IMG/VR virus record: IMGVR_UViG_3300031867_000037 | Coordinates: 10,317-74,316 of that record | From: a virus | Lineage: Duplodnaviria > Caudoviricetes | Reading direction: 5' to 3' (one strand) | DNA length: 64,000 nt | The notes under the pieces: generated by a model | Told to the model about the DNA's origin: nothing | The model's database searches: none | What the model saw: the letters and a program-made list of their open reading frames with translations, nothing else | Translations under genes and position numbers: made by a program | In this document: in pieces, positions 34,512 through 43,634 of the stretch | Layout: each line of letters starts with the position of its first letter | Numbering within the stretch: the stretch's first letter is position 1

Positions 34512-35720
34512 ATGCCGTATTTTGATTCTAAAATTTTTAATGGTGAGGTATTCCAGAAGTATGTCGATAGAGTACCGAACCTCAAACTTAATGAACTGCT
34601 TAAATCCAGAGCAGTTACTTCCCGTCAGGACTTAGCAAGTGCTATGGCTGACCAAGTTGGTGGTAATTATATCACTACTCCGCTGAAAGGCCTTATTAGC
34701 GGAACTACGCCGCTCAACTATGACGGTGTAACAGATATTACATCCCAGAATACACAGACATTCAGCCATTCTAGAGTAGTCGTTGGTCGTGCGCAGGCAT
34801 GGACTGAGAAAGACTTCTCTTATGATATTACAGGCGGTGTAGATTTCATGGAGAATGTCGCACAGCAGGTCGCTGAGTACTGGGATGAAATTGACCAGGC
34901 AACTCTTGTTTCTATTCTTACTGGCGTATTCAGTATGTCTGATACAGAAGGTGCAAGATTTGTTTCTGAGCATACTCACGATATTACCGCAGTTGCTAAC
35001 AGCGAAGGTAGAACAGGTTTCATGGATGCTACTTCTCTGAATACAGCCATTCAGAAGGCATGCGGTGACCACAAGAACAAATTTAGTCTCGCAATTATGC
35101 ATTCCGTAGTTGCAACAAATCTTGAGAACATGAAGGTCCTTGTTTACCTCAAGTATAACGATGCAAACGGCATGGAGCGTGAGACTGGACTTGCTACACT
35201 GAATGGTAGACTTGTCATTGTTGATGATAGTATGCCGGTCCTGGAAGACCCGAATACTGCAACTTTCTCTAAGACAACTGATACAGCGGTTACAGCAGGT
35301 AAGACTTACTACACAAGAACAGGTTCTTCCGGCAATTATACTTACACAGTAGTTGTTAATCCGCAGGATTCTTCTATTAATTCTTATTATGAGAAGACTG
35401 GTAACGGTAATCCGGTTTATGTAACATTCCTGTTTGGTGACGGCGCTATCGAGTATACGAACTGCGGCGCTAAAGTTCCGGCAGAAATGAGCCGTGACCC
35501 GAAGACTAATGGTGGTCAGGATACACTGTACAACAGACAGAGAAAATGTTTCTCCCCGTACGGTATTTCTTTCACGAAAGCCCACATGTCTACTCTGTCT
35601 CCGACAGACGCAGAACTGTCTGACGGCGCTAACTGGGAGCTTGTTAATACAGGCGGCGCAAACAAGAAGTACATCAATCTGAAAGCTATCCCGATTGCAC
35701 GTATCCTTTCTCTCGGCTAA
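34512..35720 (+). CDS. major capsid protein
   Basis: FDSKIFNGEVF, GRAQAW.EKDF, NGRLVIVDDSMP, P.TNGGQDTL. Confidence 0.9.
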   Translation: MPYFDSKIFNGEVFQKYVDRVPNLKLNELLKSRAVTSRQDLASAMADQVGGNYITTPLKGLISGTTPLNYDGVTDITSQNTQTFSHSRVVVGRAQAWTEKDFSYDITGGVDFMENVAQQVAEYWDEIDQATLVSILTGVFSMSDTEGARFVSEHTHDITAVANSEGRTGFMDATSLNTAIQKACGDHKNKFSLAIMHSVVATNLENMKVLVYLKYNDANGMERETGLATLNGRLVIVDDSMPVLEDPNTATFSKTTDTAVTAGKTYYTRTGSSGNYTYTVVVNPQDSSINSYYEKTGNGNPVYVTFLFGDGAIEYTNCGAKVPAEMSRDPKTNGGQDTLYNRQRKCFSPYGISFTKAHMSTLSPTDAELSDGANWELVNTGGANKKYINLKAIPIARILSLG

Positions 35721-35749
35721 TACGATTTTTACGAAGGCGGTGAATTTTA

Positions 35750-36175
35750 ATGTATCTTACATATGAAGAATATCAAGTATTTGGTGGTACATTAGAAGAA
35801 ACCGCCTTTAATGATATTGAATTTGAAGCAGAATCTTACATAGATTGGTATACATTTAATCGTTTATGGAAACAAACAGAATATCCAGAACGACTAAAGA
35901 AGTGCGTATTCCACATAATTCGTTTACTTGAACGGCAACTTGCTCTAATGGGTCAACCGGTTACAACGTCTGGACAGTCTGGTGATACAGGCGGTTCACA
36001 GATTGCGTCAATGTCAAATGACGGTGTTTCTATTAGCTATAATGTAGTTAATGCACATGAAGCACTAGAACTTACACGGCGAGAAGTTGATAAAACTATA
36101 GAGAAACAACTTGCAGGAGTAACGAATAATCTAGGAAAGAAATTATTATACAGAGGAATATATCCCGATGAATAA
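35750..36175 (+). CDS. head-tail adaptor
   Basis: MYLTYEEY...GG, ASMSNDGVSISY, LLYRGI. Confidence 0.8.
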   Translation: MYLTYEEYQVFGGTLEETAFNDIEFEAESYIDWYTFNRLWKQTEYPERLKKCVFHIIRLLERQLALMGQPVTTSGQSGDTGGSQIASMSNDGVSISYNVVNAHEALELTRREVDKTIEKQLAGVTNNLGKKLLYRGIYPDE

Positions 36176-36617
36176 TATATATCCGCCTTGGTGGAATACT
36201 ACAATCACTCTTTATAATAAATTTGTTGACCCTCAGACTAATATAGTTAAATGGTATAGACACGTAATAAGAGGCACATTTTGGAAATATGCCGGCAATA
36301 AAGTTGTCATTGATAAAACAGTTTTAGAAACCAACGATATAATTTGTCGAATTCGTAAAGACGAATTATTTAAAAACAAATTTGAATGGGTTCGACTTCC
36401 TAATGATGAAATGCCAAACTATTTCACACTTGCGCCGGAAGATGTTATTATAAAGGGAGAAGTCGATGATGAAATAAATGAATACCAATCTGGAAAACGT
36501 GCAACAGATTTAAAGAAGAAGTACAAAAATTTACAAGGTTGTTTAGAGATTCAGCAATGGACAGATAATACTGGTGATGAACGTGGTATAGAACACTACT
36601 ACGTGAAAGGAATATAA
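36168..36617 (+). CDS. head closure / minor capsid protein
   Basis: TITLYNK, FTL..EDVIIKGEV; synteny. Confidence 0.7.
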   Translation: MNNIYPPWWNTTITLYNKFVDPQTNIVKWYRHVIRGTFWKYAGNKVVIDKTVLETNDIICRIRKDELFKNKFEWVRLPNDEMPNYFTLAPEDVIIKGEVDDEINEYQSGKRATDLKKKYKNLQGCLEIQQWTDNTGDERGIEHYYVKGI

Positions 36618-37084
36618 TGGCTAGAAGTCCTACTGTAAACATACAAGTAAGTCATTTTCGTACAAATAAACAACAGGAATTACTCAAACTGTTAAATGAT
36701 AATTCCGTACGAAAAGAAATAAATACGATGATAAAAGACGCCATTAATAATTTTGTTCCTTACGATGAAGGTAGATTACGCCGTTCAGCCTTAGTAACGC
36801 ATAAGTCCATTACGTGGGGCAGAAATCTTGGGCATGCCCACTATCAATATGAAGGACAAGTATACGGGCCGAATATTCCAGTAATAAAGAACGGCGAAAT
36901 CGTTCGATGGGTTTCACCGCCAGGCAAAAAGAAATATCCTACAGGCAGAAGGTTACGATATTCTACACCGGGAACACAAGACCACTGGGATGAAGCCTTT
37001 AAAGGTCCTGTAAAGTTAGCGACTAACCAAGAAATCACCAGATATTTAAAACGATTGTGTAAGGAACGAGGATTAAAAGCATGA
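36617..37084 (+). CDS. neck / minor capsid protein
   Basis: FVPYDEG.L..S, AHYQY.G, GR.LRYS; synteny. Confidence 0.75.
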   Translation: MARSPTVNIQVSHFRTNKQQELLKLLNDNSVRKEINTMIKDAINNFVPYDEGRLRRSALVTHKSITWGRNLGHAHYQYEGQVYGPNIPVIKNGEIVRWVSPPGKKKYPTGRRLRYSTPGTQDHWDEAFKGPVKLATNQEITRYLKRLCKERGLKA

Positions 37085-37563
37085 CGGTAGATAAAAATAG
37101 TGCAGTAATTGAATATTTTTTAAACTGTCCTGTAATACTAGAAAATCCTTTGTACTTCAACTTTATTAATGCCGAAGATAATACAAATCAAATTGTAACC
37201 CAAACAACAGAACGATATGCCGAAAGAAAATATGTGGACGGCAGTGTTCTGAAAACATATACCTTTACTCTCATTATTCATAAATCTGTGGCAGATATAC
37301 CTATTGTAAAAGTGTCAGGATACCCAAATGAAAATATGCTTGATATATCAGATGTGCAAGCAATTATTGATTGGATAAGTACACAAGACGATGCACACAC
37401 TTATCCAGATTTTGGTACAGACTGTATTATTGAATCTATGTCAACTACTACAGACACGCCAAGTTTTGATGGCATAGACGATGAACCATCACCGGCACTT
37501 GCAGTATATAGCATAACAGTAGAAATAAAATACTTAGACATAAGCAAACAAATTTGGAGGTAA
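37081..37563 (+). CDS. tail completion/terminator protein
   Basis: synteny before the major tail gene; AVYSITVEIKY. Confidence 0.7.
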   Translation: MTVDKNSAVIEYFLNCPVILENPLYFNFINAEDNTNQIVTQTTERYAERKYVDGSVLKTYTFTLIIHKSVADIPIVKVSGYPNENMLDISDVQAIIDWISTQDDAHTYPDFGTDCIIESMSTTTDTPSFDGIDDEPSPALAVYSITVEIKYLDISKQIWR

Positions 37564-37569
37564 TTTATT

Positions 37570-38082
37570 ATGGCAGTTTCACCGTTTAACCTTGCCGATG
37601 GCCAGAGAGCCGAACGAAAATTACTTATTACCGTAGCAGAGTGGACAGAAGGCAGTACGCAGGTGCGTGAACTTCTTGGTAGACGTACAGAGGATTCTAG
37701 TATTGACTATAATCCGGACATTGAAACAACTACTGACATTCTCGGTAATAACTATACTGATATGAACAGAACACAGCCGCAACAGGATTTCGACCCGTAC
37801 ACAATTCTTGGCGGCTCAAAACTTGGCGCTAAACTTAATGATATTAGACGGAGAAATGCTCTGTCTGAACTGAATCAGTTTACCGTATATATCATTACGG
37901 CATTTGTTGGCACAAGTGGTTCCTATGAAGCTGAAAAACATGTTGACTGTACAATTACTTACAACAGCATTGGTGGAGATTCTACAGTTAATATGCCGAT
38001 TTCTGTATATTTCAGCAACAAGATTACACTCGGTACAGTTGATAAGTTGGCGGATGATTTCACATTCACTGAGGCATCATAA
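37570..38082 (+). CDS. major tail protein
   Basis: LGRRTEDSSIDYNPD.ETTTDILG, SYEAEK. Confidence 0.8.
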   Translation: MAVSPFNLADGQRAERKLLITVAEWTEGSTQVRELLGRRTEDSSIDYNPDIETTTDILGNNYTDMNRTQPQQDFDPYTILGGSKLGAKLNDIRRRNALSELNQFTVYIITAFVGTSGSYEAEKHVDCTITYNSIGGDSTVNMPISVYFSNKITLGTVDKLADDFTFTEAS

Positions 38083-38108
38083 TTAATACGAAAGAAGAGG
38101 TAGTTACA

Positions 38109-38594
38109 ATGGCAAGCAAGCGCAAATATGACGGCGAGTTAGATTTAAGATTATCTAGTCGGAAAAGATTTAGAATTGATGGTGACGATAATAGAGTCCT
38201 GGAGTTAAATACATCAGACCTTAATCTTATTACTAGATTAAGAAGTGCATATCCGCAACTTAAAGATATTGCACAGAACGCATTTAAAGATTTACCGGAT
38301 GCGGTTATCGAAGATGAAAATTATGATTTCATGGAAGATGAAGCAACAAGTAAACTTTCCGAAGCGTTACAGGATGCAGATACAAAAATGCGGTCGTTAC
38401 TTGATTACATTTTTGATTCTAATGTATCGGAATTATGTGCGCCACACGGTTCTATGTTTGACCCAGTTAATGGTAAACTCAGATTTGAGCATATCATTGA
38501 CACACTCGCACCGTTATATGAAACTGACATATCAACCGAAATGAATAAAGTGACTGCTAACGTGAGTAAGCACACAGCGAAGTATACAAAATAA
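38109..38594 (+). CDS. tail assembly chaperone
   Basis: position; helical; MRSLLDYIFD..VSE. Confidence 0.7.
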   Translation: MASKRKYDGELDLRLSSRKRFRIDGDDNRVLELNTSDLNLITRLRSAYPQLKDIAQNAFKDLPDAVIEDENYDFMEDEATSKLSEALQDADTKMRSLLDYIFDSNVSELCAPHGSMFDPVNGKLRFEHIIDTLAPLYETDISTEMNKVTANVSKHTAKYTK

Positions 38595-38595
38595 T

Positions 38596-39180
38596 ATGTA
38601 TGAAATTCCTACAACCGTACGAATAAATGGTGAGGAATACGCAATAAGAAATGATGGGGACTACCGAGTAATTTTGGATTGTTTCTTAGCGTTAGAAGAT
38701 GATACGCTAGATTCCAAAGAGAGATTGCTGGCGGCCCTCATCATTTTTTATGAGGATTTTAATAGTATTCAGGACGTTTATTCGTTTGAATATTTGGAAG
38801 AAGCAGTTACGGGAATGTATAATTTCTTTAACTGCGGTCAAGAGCCGTCTGAAAATAACTCCGTCAATTATAAATTGATTGATTGGGAGAAAGATTCTCA
38901 GCTTATATGTTCCGCAATAAATAAAGTTGCCAATAAAGAAATTCGTGCAGAAAAGTATTTACATTGGTGGACATTTATGGGTTATTATGCGGCGATAGGT
39001 GAATCTGCGCTAACAACTATTATTCATATAAGAGATAAAATAGTTAGGCAGGAACGGCTCGATAAATCGGAGCGAAAATATAAGCAAAGAAATCCGCAAT
39101 ACTTTGACTGGAATCATAGTTCAGTTGAACAGCGAGAAGCGGATAGACTTGTTACAGAACTTTGGAATAGTGGTGTATAA
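38596..39180 (+). CDS. Gp15-family tail chaperone
   Basis: IRNDGDYR.ILD, IDWEKD..LI.SA, YLHWWTF. Confidence 0.85.
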   Translation: MYEIPTTVRINGEEYAIRNDGDYRVILDCFLALEDDTLDSKERLLAALIIFYEDFNSIQDVYSFEYLEEAVTGMYNFFNCGQEPSENNSVNYKLIDWEKDSQLICSAINKVANKEIRAEKYLHWWTFMGYYAAIGESALTTIIHIRDKIVRQERLDKSERKYKQRNPQYFDWNHSSVEQREADRLVTELWNSGV

Positions 39181-39183
39181 AAC

Positions 39184-42100
39184 ATGGCTGATATTACATT
39201 ATCTGTTGATTTAGATGCCAGTGCTGTAAAAAGTACCTCAGATAGTTTACAGCAGGACGTTAAAGACATATTCGATAAGGCAAGTAGCGCAAAAGATTTG
39301 TCTGCGCCATTTAAAAATCTACTTGCAACAATGGATAGATTAGCCCAAAAAAGTGCATCTATAAAACAAAAACTTGAGGACTTAGAAAAAACTCCAAATG
39401 TCGCAACACCAGAGTACGCAAAATTAAGCGCCGAGTATGATAAACTTATTGCAAAACAAGATAGACTTAATGACCGAATGACTAAATTCAAAGCATTAGG
39501 TGGTAATGTAAGCAGTAAGTCTTATAAATCCATGCAGTATGATATGAGCGAACTTAGCGCACAAATAGCAAAAGTACAGGCTCAGAAAGACAAACTGGAA
39601 ACGGCAGGCCAAGCATTTACACCTGTAGTAGATACCACACAATATCAGAATCTTTTGACACAGCTTAACGGTGTTAATAATCAACTTACATTATGTCGAG
39701 ACAAGGCACAAGCATTTAGTGAAGTCAAAGTAGATACAGGTATATTTGATAGATTAAAGTCTGCTATAGGCAATGTTGGTACTGCTATTCAATCCGGTCT
39801 CGGTAATTTAAAATCATATTTTAGTAGTTTATCGGGTGTAGTTCCGCCAATATCAATGATTGGCGTTGCATTTACAAACGTAGCAATGGTGGCAACAAGA
39901 GCAATTGGCGGTATTTTTGGACTACTTGCCAAATTACCCGGCGGTGCAGTAAAAGCCGGGTCGGCCATTTTAAAAATTGGTAGCGGCGCAAAACAAGCAC
40001 TAACGCCTGTTGTTAAACTTTATAACAACGTGCTAAAACTTGCAGGCGGCGGTATTTTAAATGGCTTAAAAAAATTAGGTTCTGCCATAGCTAGTGTGGG
40101 AAAACATGCAGGTTCGTCAAGTAGCGGATTTGAGAAGGGATTTAAGTCCTTTATTCGATACGGACTTGGTGTACGTTCTATATTTGCTCTCATTAATAAA
40201 TTAAGACGGGCACTAATTTCTGGCTTTGAGAATCTGGCACAAGTACATGAACCGTTCAATCGTTCAGTATCTAATATAATCTCCTCAGTTAATTTATTAA
40301 AAAACACAGTAGCAGGAGCATTTGCACCTATTATCGAAGCTGTAGAACCAGCACTTGTTCGATTAATCAATTTATTTAGTGAAGCGACCGTAAAAGTAGG
40401 TCAATTTATTGCGGCAATTACTGGTAAAGAGTTTGTTCGTGCAAATTATGTACAAAAAGATTATGCGGCATCATTAGACGCAACAAAGAAAAAGAATCAA
40501 GCGGCAGCCAAAGCGGCAAAAGCGGCAGCCAAAGCGGCAAAAAAACAGGCGAAAGAAGAGGAAGAACTTAAAAAACAATTACTAGGATTCGATGATGTAG
40601 AAATACTTCACGAGGATAAAGATAACGATACCGACACGACTACTGACCCAACTGCTGGACTTGACGATACACTAGACGCACTCCAAGACGATTTCTCTTT
40701 TACTGAATCTCCTATAGAAAGTGCTATAGAGACATTTGTTGAAAGATTTAAAAAAGCGTGGCTAAATGCTGACTTTTACGATATAGGAAGAATTGTAGGC
40801 GAAAAACTTAAAAAAGCATTAGATAGTATTCCGTGGGATTATATAAAAGAGACAGCATGGAGAATAGCAAAAAGTCTGGCAACATTTTTAAACGGCTTTA
40901 TAGAAACTCCTGGATTATTCGCTTCTATAGGGCACACTATTGCAGAAGCGTTAAATACTGGACTGATTTTTGCTAATACTTTCTTGGAAAACTTTCATTT
41001 TGACAGTTTTGCGAAAGCCATCGGTGAAGGTATAAATACTGCTGTAAAAGATTTTGACTGGAATTTATTAGTTACGACCATAGACAATGCGATTAACGGA
41101 GCATTAACATTTGCATATAATCTTATTAACTCTGTTGATTGGACTACAATGGTGTCGAATGTCGCCAACAGTTTGAACAATGCATTTACAGGTATTGATT
41201 GGAACCTACTCGCATCCACATTAGTTGACGGTATAAATACTGTATTTGATATATGGTACACATTTGTTACGACTTTTGATTTTTCAGAATTCGGTATACG
41301 AATAGGAACCGCAATATCAAGAGTATTACAAGAAGTTAATTGGGCAGAAGGCGGGGCAAGTTTAGCCGGCACAATCAACGGTATCTTCCATGCATTGAAC
41401 GGATTTATAATGGCGACAGACTGGAGAGCGTTAGGTAAGGCTGTTATTGATGCAGTAGCAGGATTTTTCATTGAATTTGATGCAAGTGCCGCAGGTGAAT
41501 TTTTAGGCAATATTCCGATTGTAATATTTGAAACACTTTCTGGTGCAATTCAAGCAGTAGACTGGGCACAACTGCCGACCAACATTATAAATTTCATAAA
41601 AGACTTCTTATCCGGATTTAATTGGGCAGAAATTGCCAACTTGGCAGGAGAACTTATTGGTGCCGCATTTAAAGCACTTGTAGAAGTTGGCGGCACATTA
41701 TTGCAAACAATTAAAGAATGTTTCCACGCAATTATAGACGGTGGCAAAGAGGGAATAGTAGATGCGTTAAAAGATATAGGCACATGGATATATGACCACA
41801 TATTTAAACCGTTTATAGACGGATTTAAAGCCGCATTTGGAATCCACTCTCCTGCCGAAACTATGAAACCGCTTGGCGCCAATATTATACAAGGTCTCTA
41901 CACAGGAATTACAGACATTATTAAAAATGTTGGCATTTGGGTAAAAACGAATATTGCCGATAAGTTTATTACAGCAGTAAAAAACGGATTTGGTTTACTT
42001 GGTGGAGCGGCTAATCGAATGTTCTCTATCGGTAAATCTGCTATTGAAGGGTTCAAATCCGGTGCGTCAAATGTCATGACAACTGCTGGAACTTGGATTA

Positions 42101-43245
42101 AGAACAATATTGCTGACCCAATTCTCAATCACTTTAAAGGCAACTTCGGTATTGCCAATAATGATTCAAAGACGTTCTCTAACTACGGCAGTACAGTTGT
42201 CGGTAGTTTACGAAGCGGTATCTCCAATAGTTCTAGTAAGCCAGTTGAAGAAATTTCTTCCATGCAGTCTAGGATGCAAAATGTTATTACTTCTACAATG
42301 AGTAAGTGGTTAGACCACGGCCGTGATTTAATTAGTAATCTCAGCGATGGCATTAAACGTACAACTGATGAAAGTAGAAGAAAGGTAGAGGACTTATTAC
42401 AGAGACTTCAAGAAACGGTCAATTCTTATAGAGCAAGATTTAGACAAGCCGGTGAAGAACTTGCTGAAAACATGGCAGACGGGTTTAGTAGACAATCTCG
42501 TTATTTACAGCAAGTAGCAAGGGAAGTTGCCGAAGATATGTATTATAGCTTTACACAGGCTGACTGGTACAGAATCGGTGAAAGTATCGTGGACGGTATT
42601 TATAGGGGTGTTACAGACAATTCTGGCTCTCTCAATATATTGGCTCATAATACAGCTATTGATATGTATAATGCGGCTCGTGAAGCACTTGATATTCATT
42701 CTCCGTCTAGAAAATTCGGATGGATTGGTGAAATGTCTATGAAAGGTTTAGCCGGTGGTGTATTAGATAACAAGGGCACAGTTATTTCAAAAATCACTGA
42801 CATAACCAATGCAATGGAAAAAGAAGCAGAAAAGGCTAGTCCGTCTATTACAATCTCAGAATCAATAGGAGATTGGATAAGGTATTTAGATACAGTACTT
42901 TCTACATTCGGAAATATGGTATCAGCAGAATTTGATAGATTAGTTGCGTCAATGGGAACATTATCTGCCTATAATGTTCCTGCAGTAGCACAAGGAAGAA
43001 TTGTTCCGCCTAGTTCATTTAATAGATTTAATCAGTCGCAAGACTTAATAAATCTGCAAAGGACATTAGATAATTTATCAAGTTCTATAATAACCTATGA
43101 TGATTTACAGGCAATTATTGTATCTGCTTTCCAACAGTATCTTAATATCAATTTCTATCTTGAAGATGAACAGCTTGCCCGTCATGCAAATGCTGGCAAC
43201 TTGAAATTAGATAGAAGATATAATATAATTAACAAAACACGATAA
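39184..43245 (+). CDS. tape measure protein
   Basis: 1353 aa, helical, W-spaced repeats (IDW/VDW), HSPS motifs. Confidence 0.92.
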   Translation: MADITLSVDLDASAVKSTSDSLQQDVKDIFDKASSAKDLSAPFKNLLATMDRLAQKSASIKQKLEDLEKTPNVATPEYAKLSAEYDKLIAKQDRLNDRMTKFKALGGNVSSKSYKSMQYDMSELSAQIAKVQAQKDKLETAGQAFTPVVDTTQYQNLLTQLNGVNNQLTLCRDKAQAFSEVKVDTGIFDRLKSAIGNVGTAIQSGLGNLKSYFSSLSGVVPPISMIGVAFTNVAMVATRAIGGIFGLLAKLPGGAVKAGSAILKIGSGAKQALTPVVKLYNNVLKLAGGGILNGLKKLGSAIASVGKHAGSSSSGFEKGFKSFIRYGLGVRSIFALINKLRRALISGFENLAQVHEPFNRSVSNIISSVNLLKNTVAGAFAPIIEAVEPALVRLINLFSEATVKVGQFIAAITGKEFVRANYVQKDYAASLDATKKKNQAAAKAAKAAAKAAKKQAKEEEELKKQLLGFDDVEILHEDKDNDTDTTTDPTAGLDDTLDALQDDFSFTESPIESAIETFVERFKKAWLNADFYDIGRIVGEKLKKALDSIPWDYIKETAWRIAKSLATFLNGFIETPGLFASIGHTIAEALNTGLIFANTFLENFHFDSFAKAIGEGINTAVKDFDWNLLVTTIDNAINGALTFAYNLINSVDWTTMVSNVANSLNNAFTGIDWNLLASTLVDGINTVFDIWYTFVTTFDFSEFGIRIGTAISRVLQEVNWAEGGASLAGTINGIFHALNGFIMATDWRALGKAVIDAVAGFFIEFDASAAGEFLGNIPIVIFETLSGAIQAVDWAQLPTNIINFIKDFLSGFNWAEIANLAGELIGAAFKALVEVGGTLLQTIKECFHAIIDGGKEGIVDALKDIGTWIYDHIFKPFIDGFKAAFGIHSPAETMKPLGANIIQGLYTGITDIIKNVGIWVKTNIADKFITAVKNGFGLLGGAANRMFSIGKSAIEGFKSGASNVMTTAGTWIKNNIADPILNHFKGNFGIANNDSKTFSNYGSTVVGSLRSGISNSSSKPVEEISSMQSRMQNVITSTMSKWLDHGRDLISNLSDGIKRTTDESRRKVEDLLQRLQETVNSYRARFRQAGEELAENMADGFSRQSRYLQQVAREVAEDMYYSFTQADWYRIGESIVDGIYRGVTDNSGSLNILAHNTAIDMYNAAREALDIHSPSRKFGWIGEMSMKGLAGGVLDNKGTVISKITDITNAMEKEAEKASPSITISESIGDWIRYLDTVLSTFGNMVSAEFDRLVASMGTLSAYNVPAVAQGRIVPPSSFNRFNQSQDLINLQRTLDNLSSSIITYDDLQAIIVSAFQQYLNINFYLEDEQLARHANAGNLKLDRRYNIINKTR

Positions 43246-43260
43246 TTGGAGAGGTGATAT

Positions 43261-43632
43261 ATGTTAGCAGATAAACCTTTTCAGATTGACGGCGTTACTG
43301 TGCCAACGCCGTCAAGTTATGATTTTAGTATTGAAGATGTATCTTCTGAGGAAACAGGCAGAACGCTTGATGGCGTAATGCATAAGGACGTTGTTGCAGT
43401 AAAAGATTATTACACATGTACATGGAAGTCTTTGGGATGGAATGAAGCGGCTGAATTGTTAAGACTGGTTGACGGCAAAGAAATTGTTACAGTTACTTAT
43501 GCAGACCCACTCTTTCCTGATATGATGAAGGTTGGAGAGTTCTATGTCGGCAAACGTGCAGGCAAAGCAAATAATTTACGCAATATGAAAAATACGTGGA
43601 AGGATATAACATTTCAGTTTATTAGGATTTAA
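43261..43632 (+). CDS. distal tail (Dit-like) protein
   Basis: PTPSSY, SSEETGRTLDG.MH, EFYVG; follows the tape measure gene. Confidence 0.75.
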   Translation: MLADKPFQIDGVTVPTPSSYDFSIEDVSSEETGRTLDGVMHKDVVAVKDYYTCTWKSLGWNEAAELLRLVDGKEIVTVTYADPLFPDMMKVGEFYVGKRAGKANNLRNMKNTWKDITFQFIRI

Positions 43633-43634
43633 TT

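Noticed and set aside
34632-35585. 317-aa minus-strand ORF
   Set aside because: Antisense shadow of the major capsid gene.
38109-39180. Programmed frameshift between tail chaperones
   Set aside because: No clear slippery heptamer seen; the second ORF has its own start and is a Gp15-type protein.
40501-40542. 21-bp tandem duplication in the tape measure gene (AAKAAKA x2)
   Set aside because: Ordinary low-complexity slippage in a helical linker.
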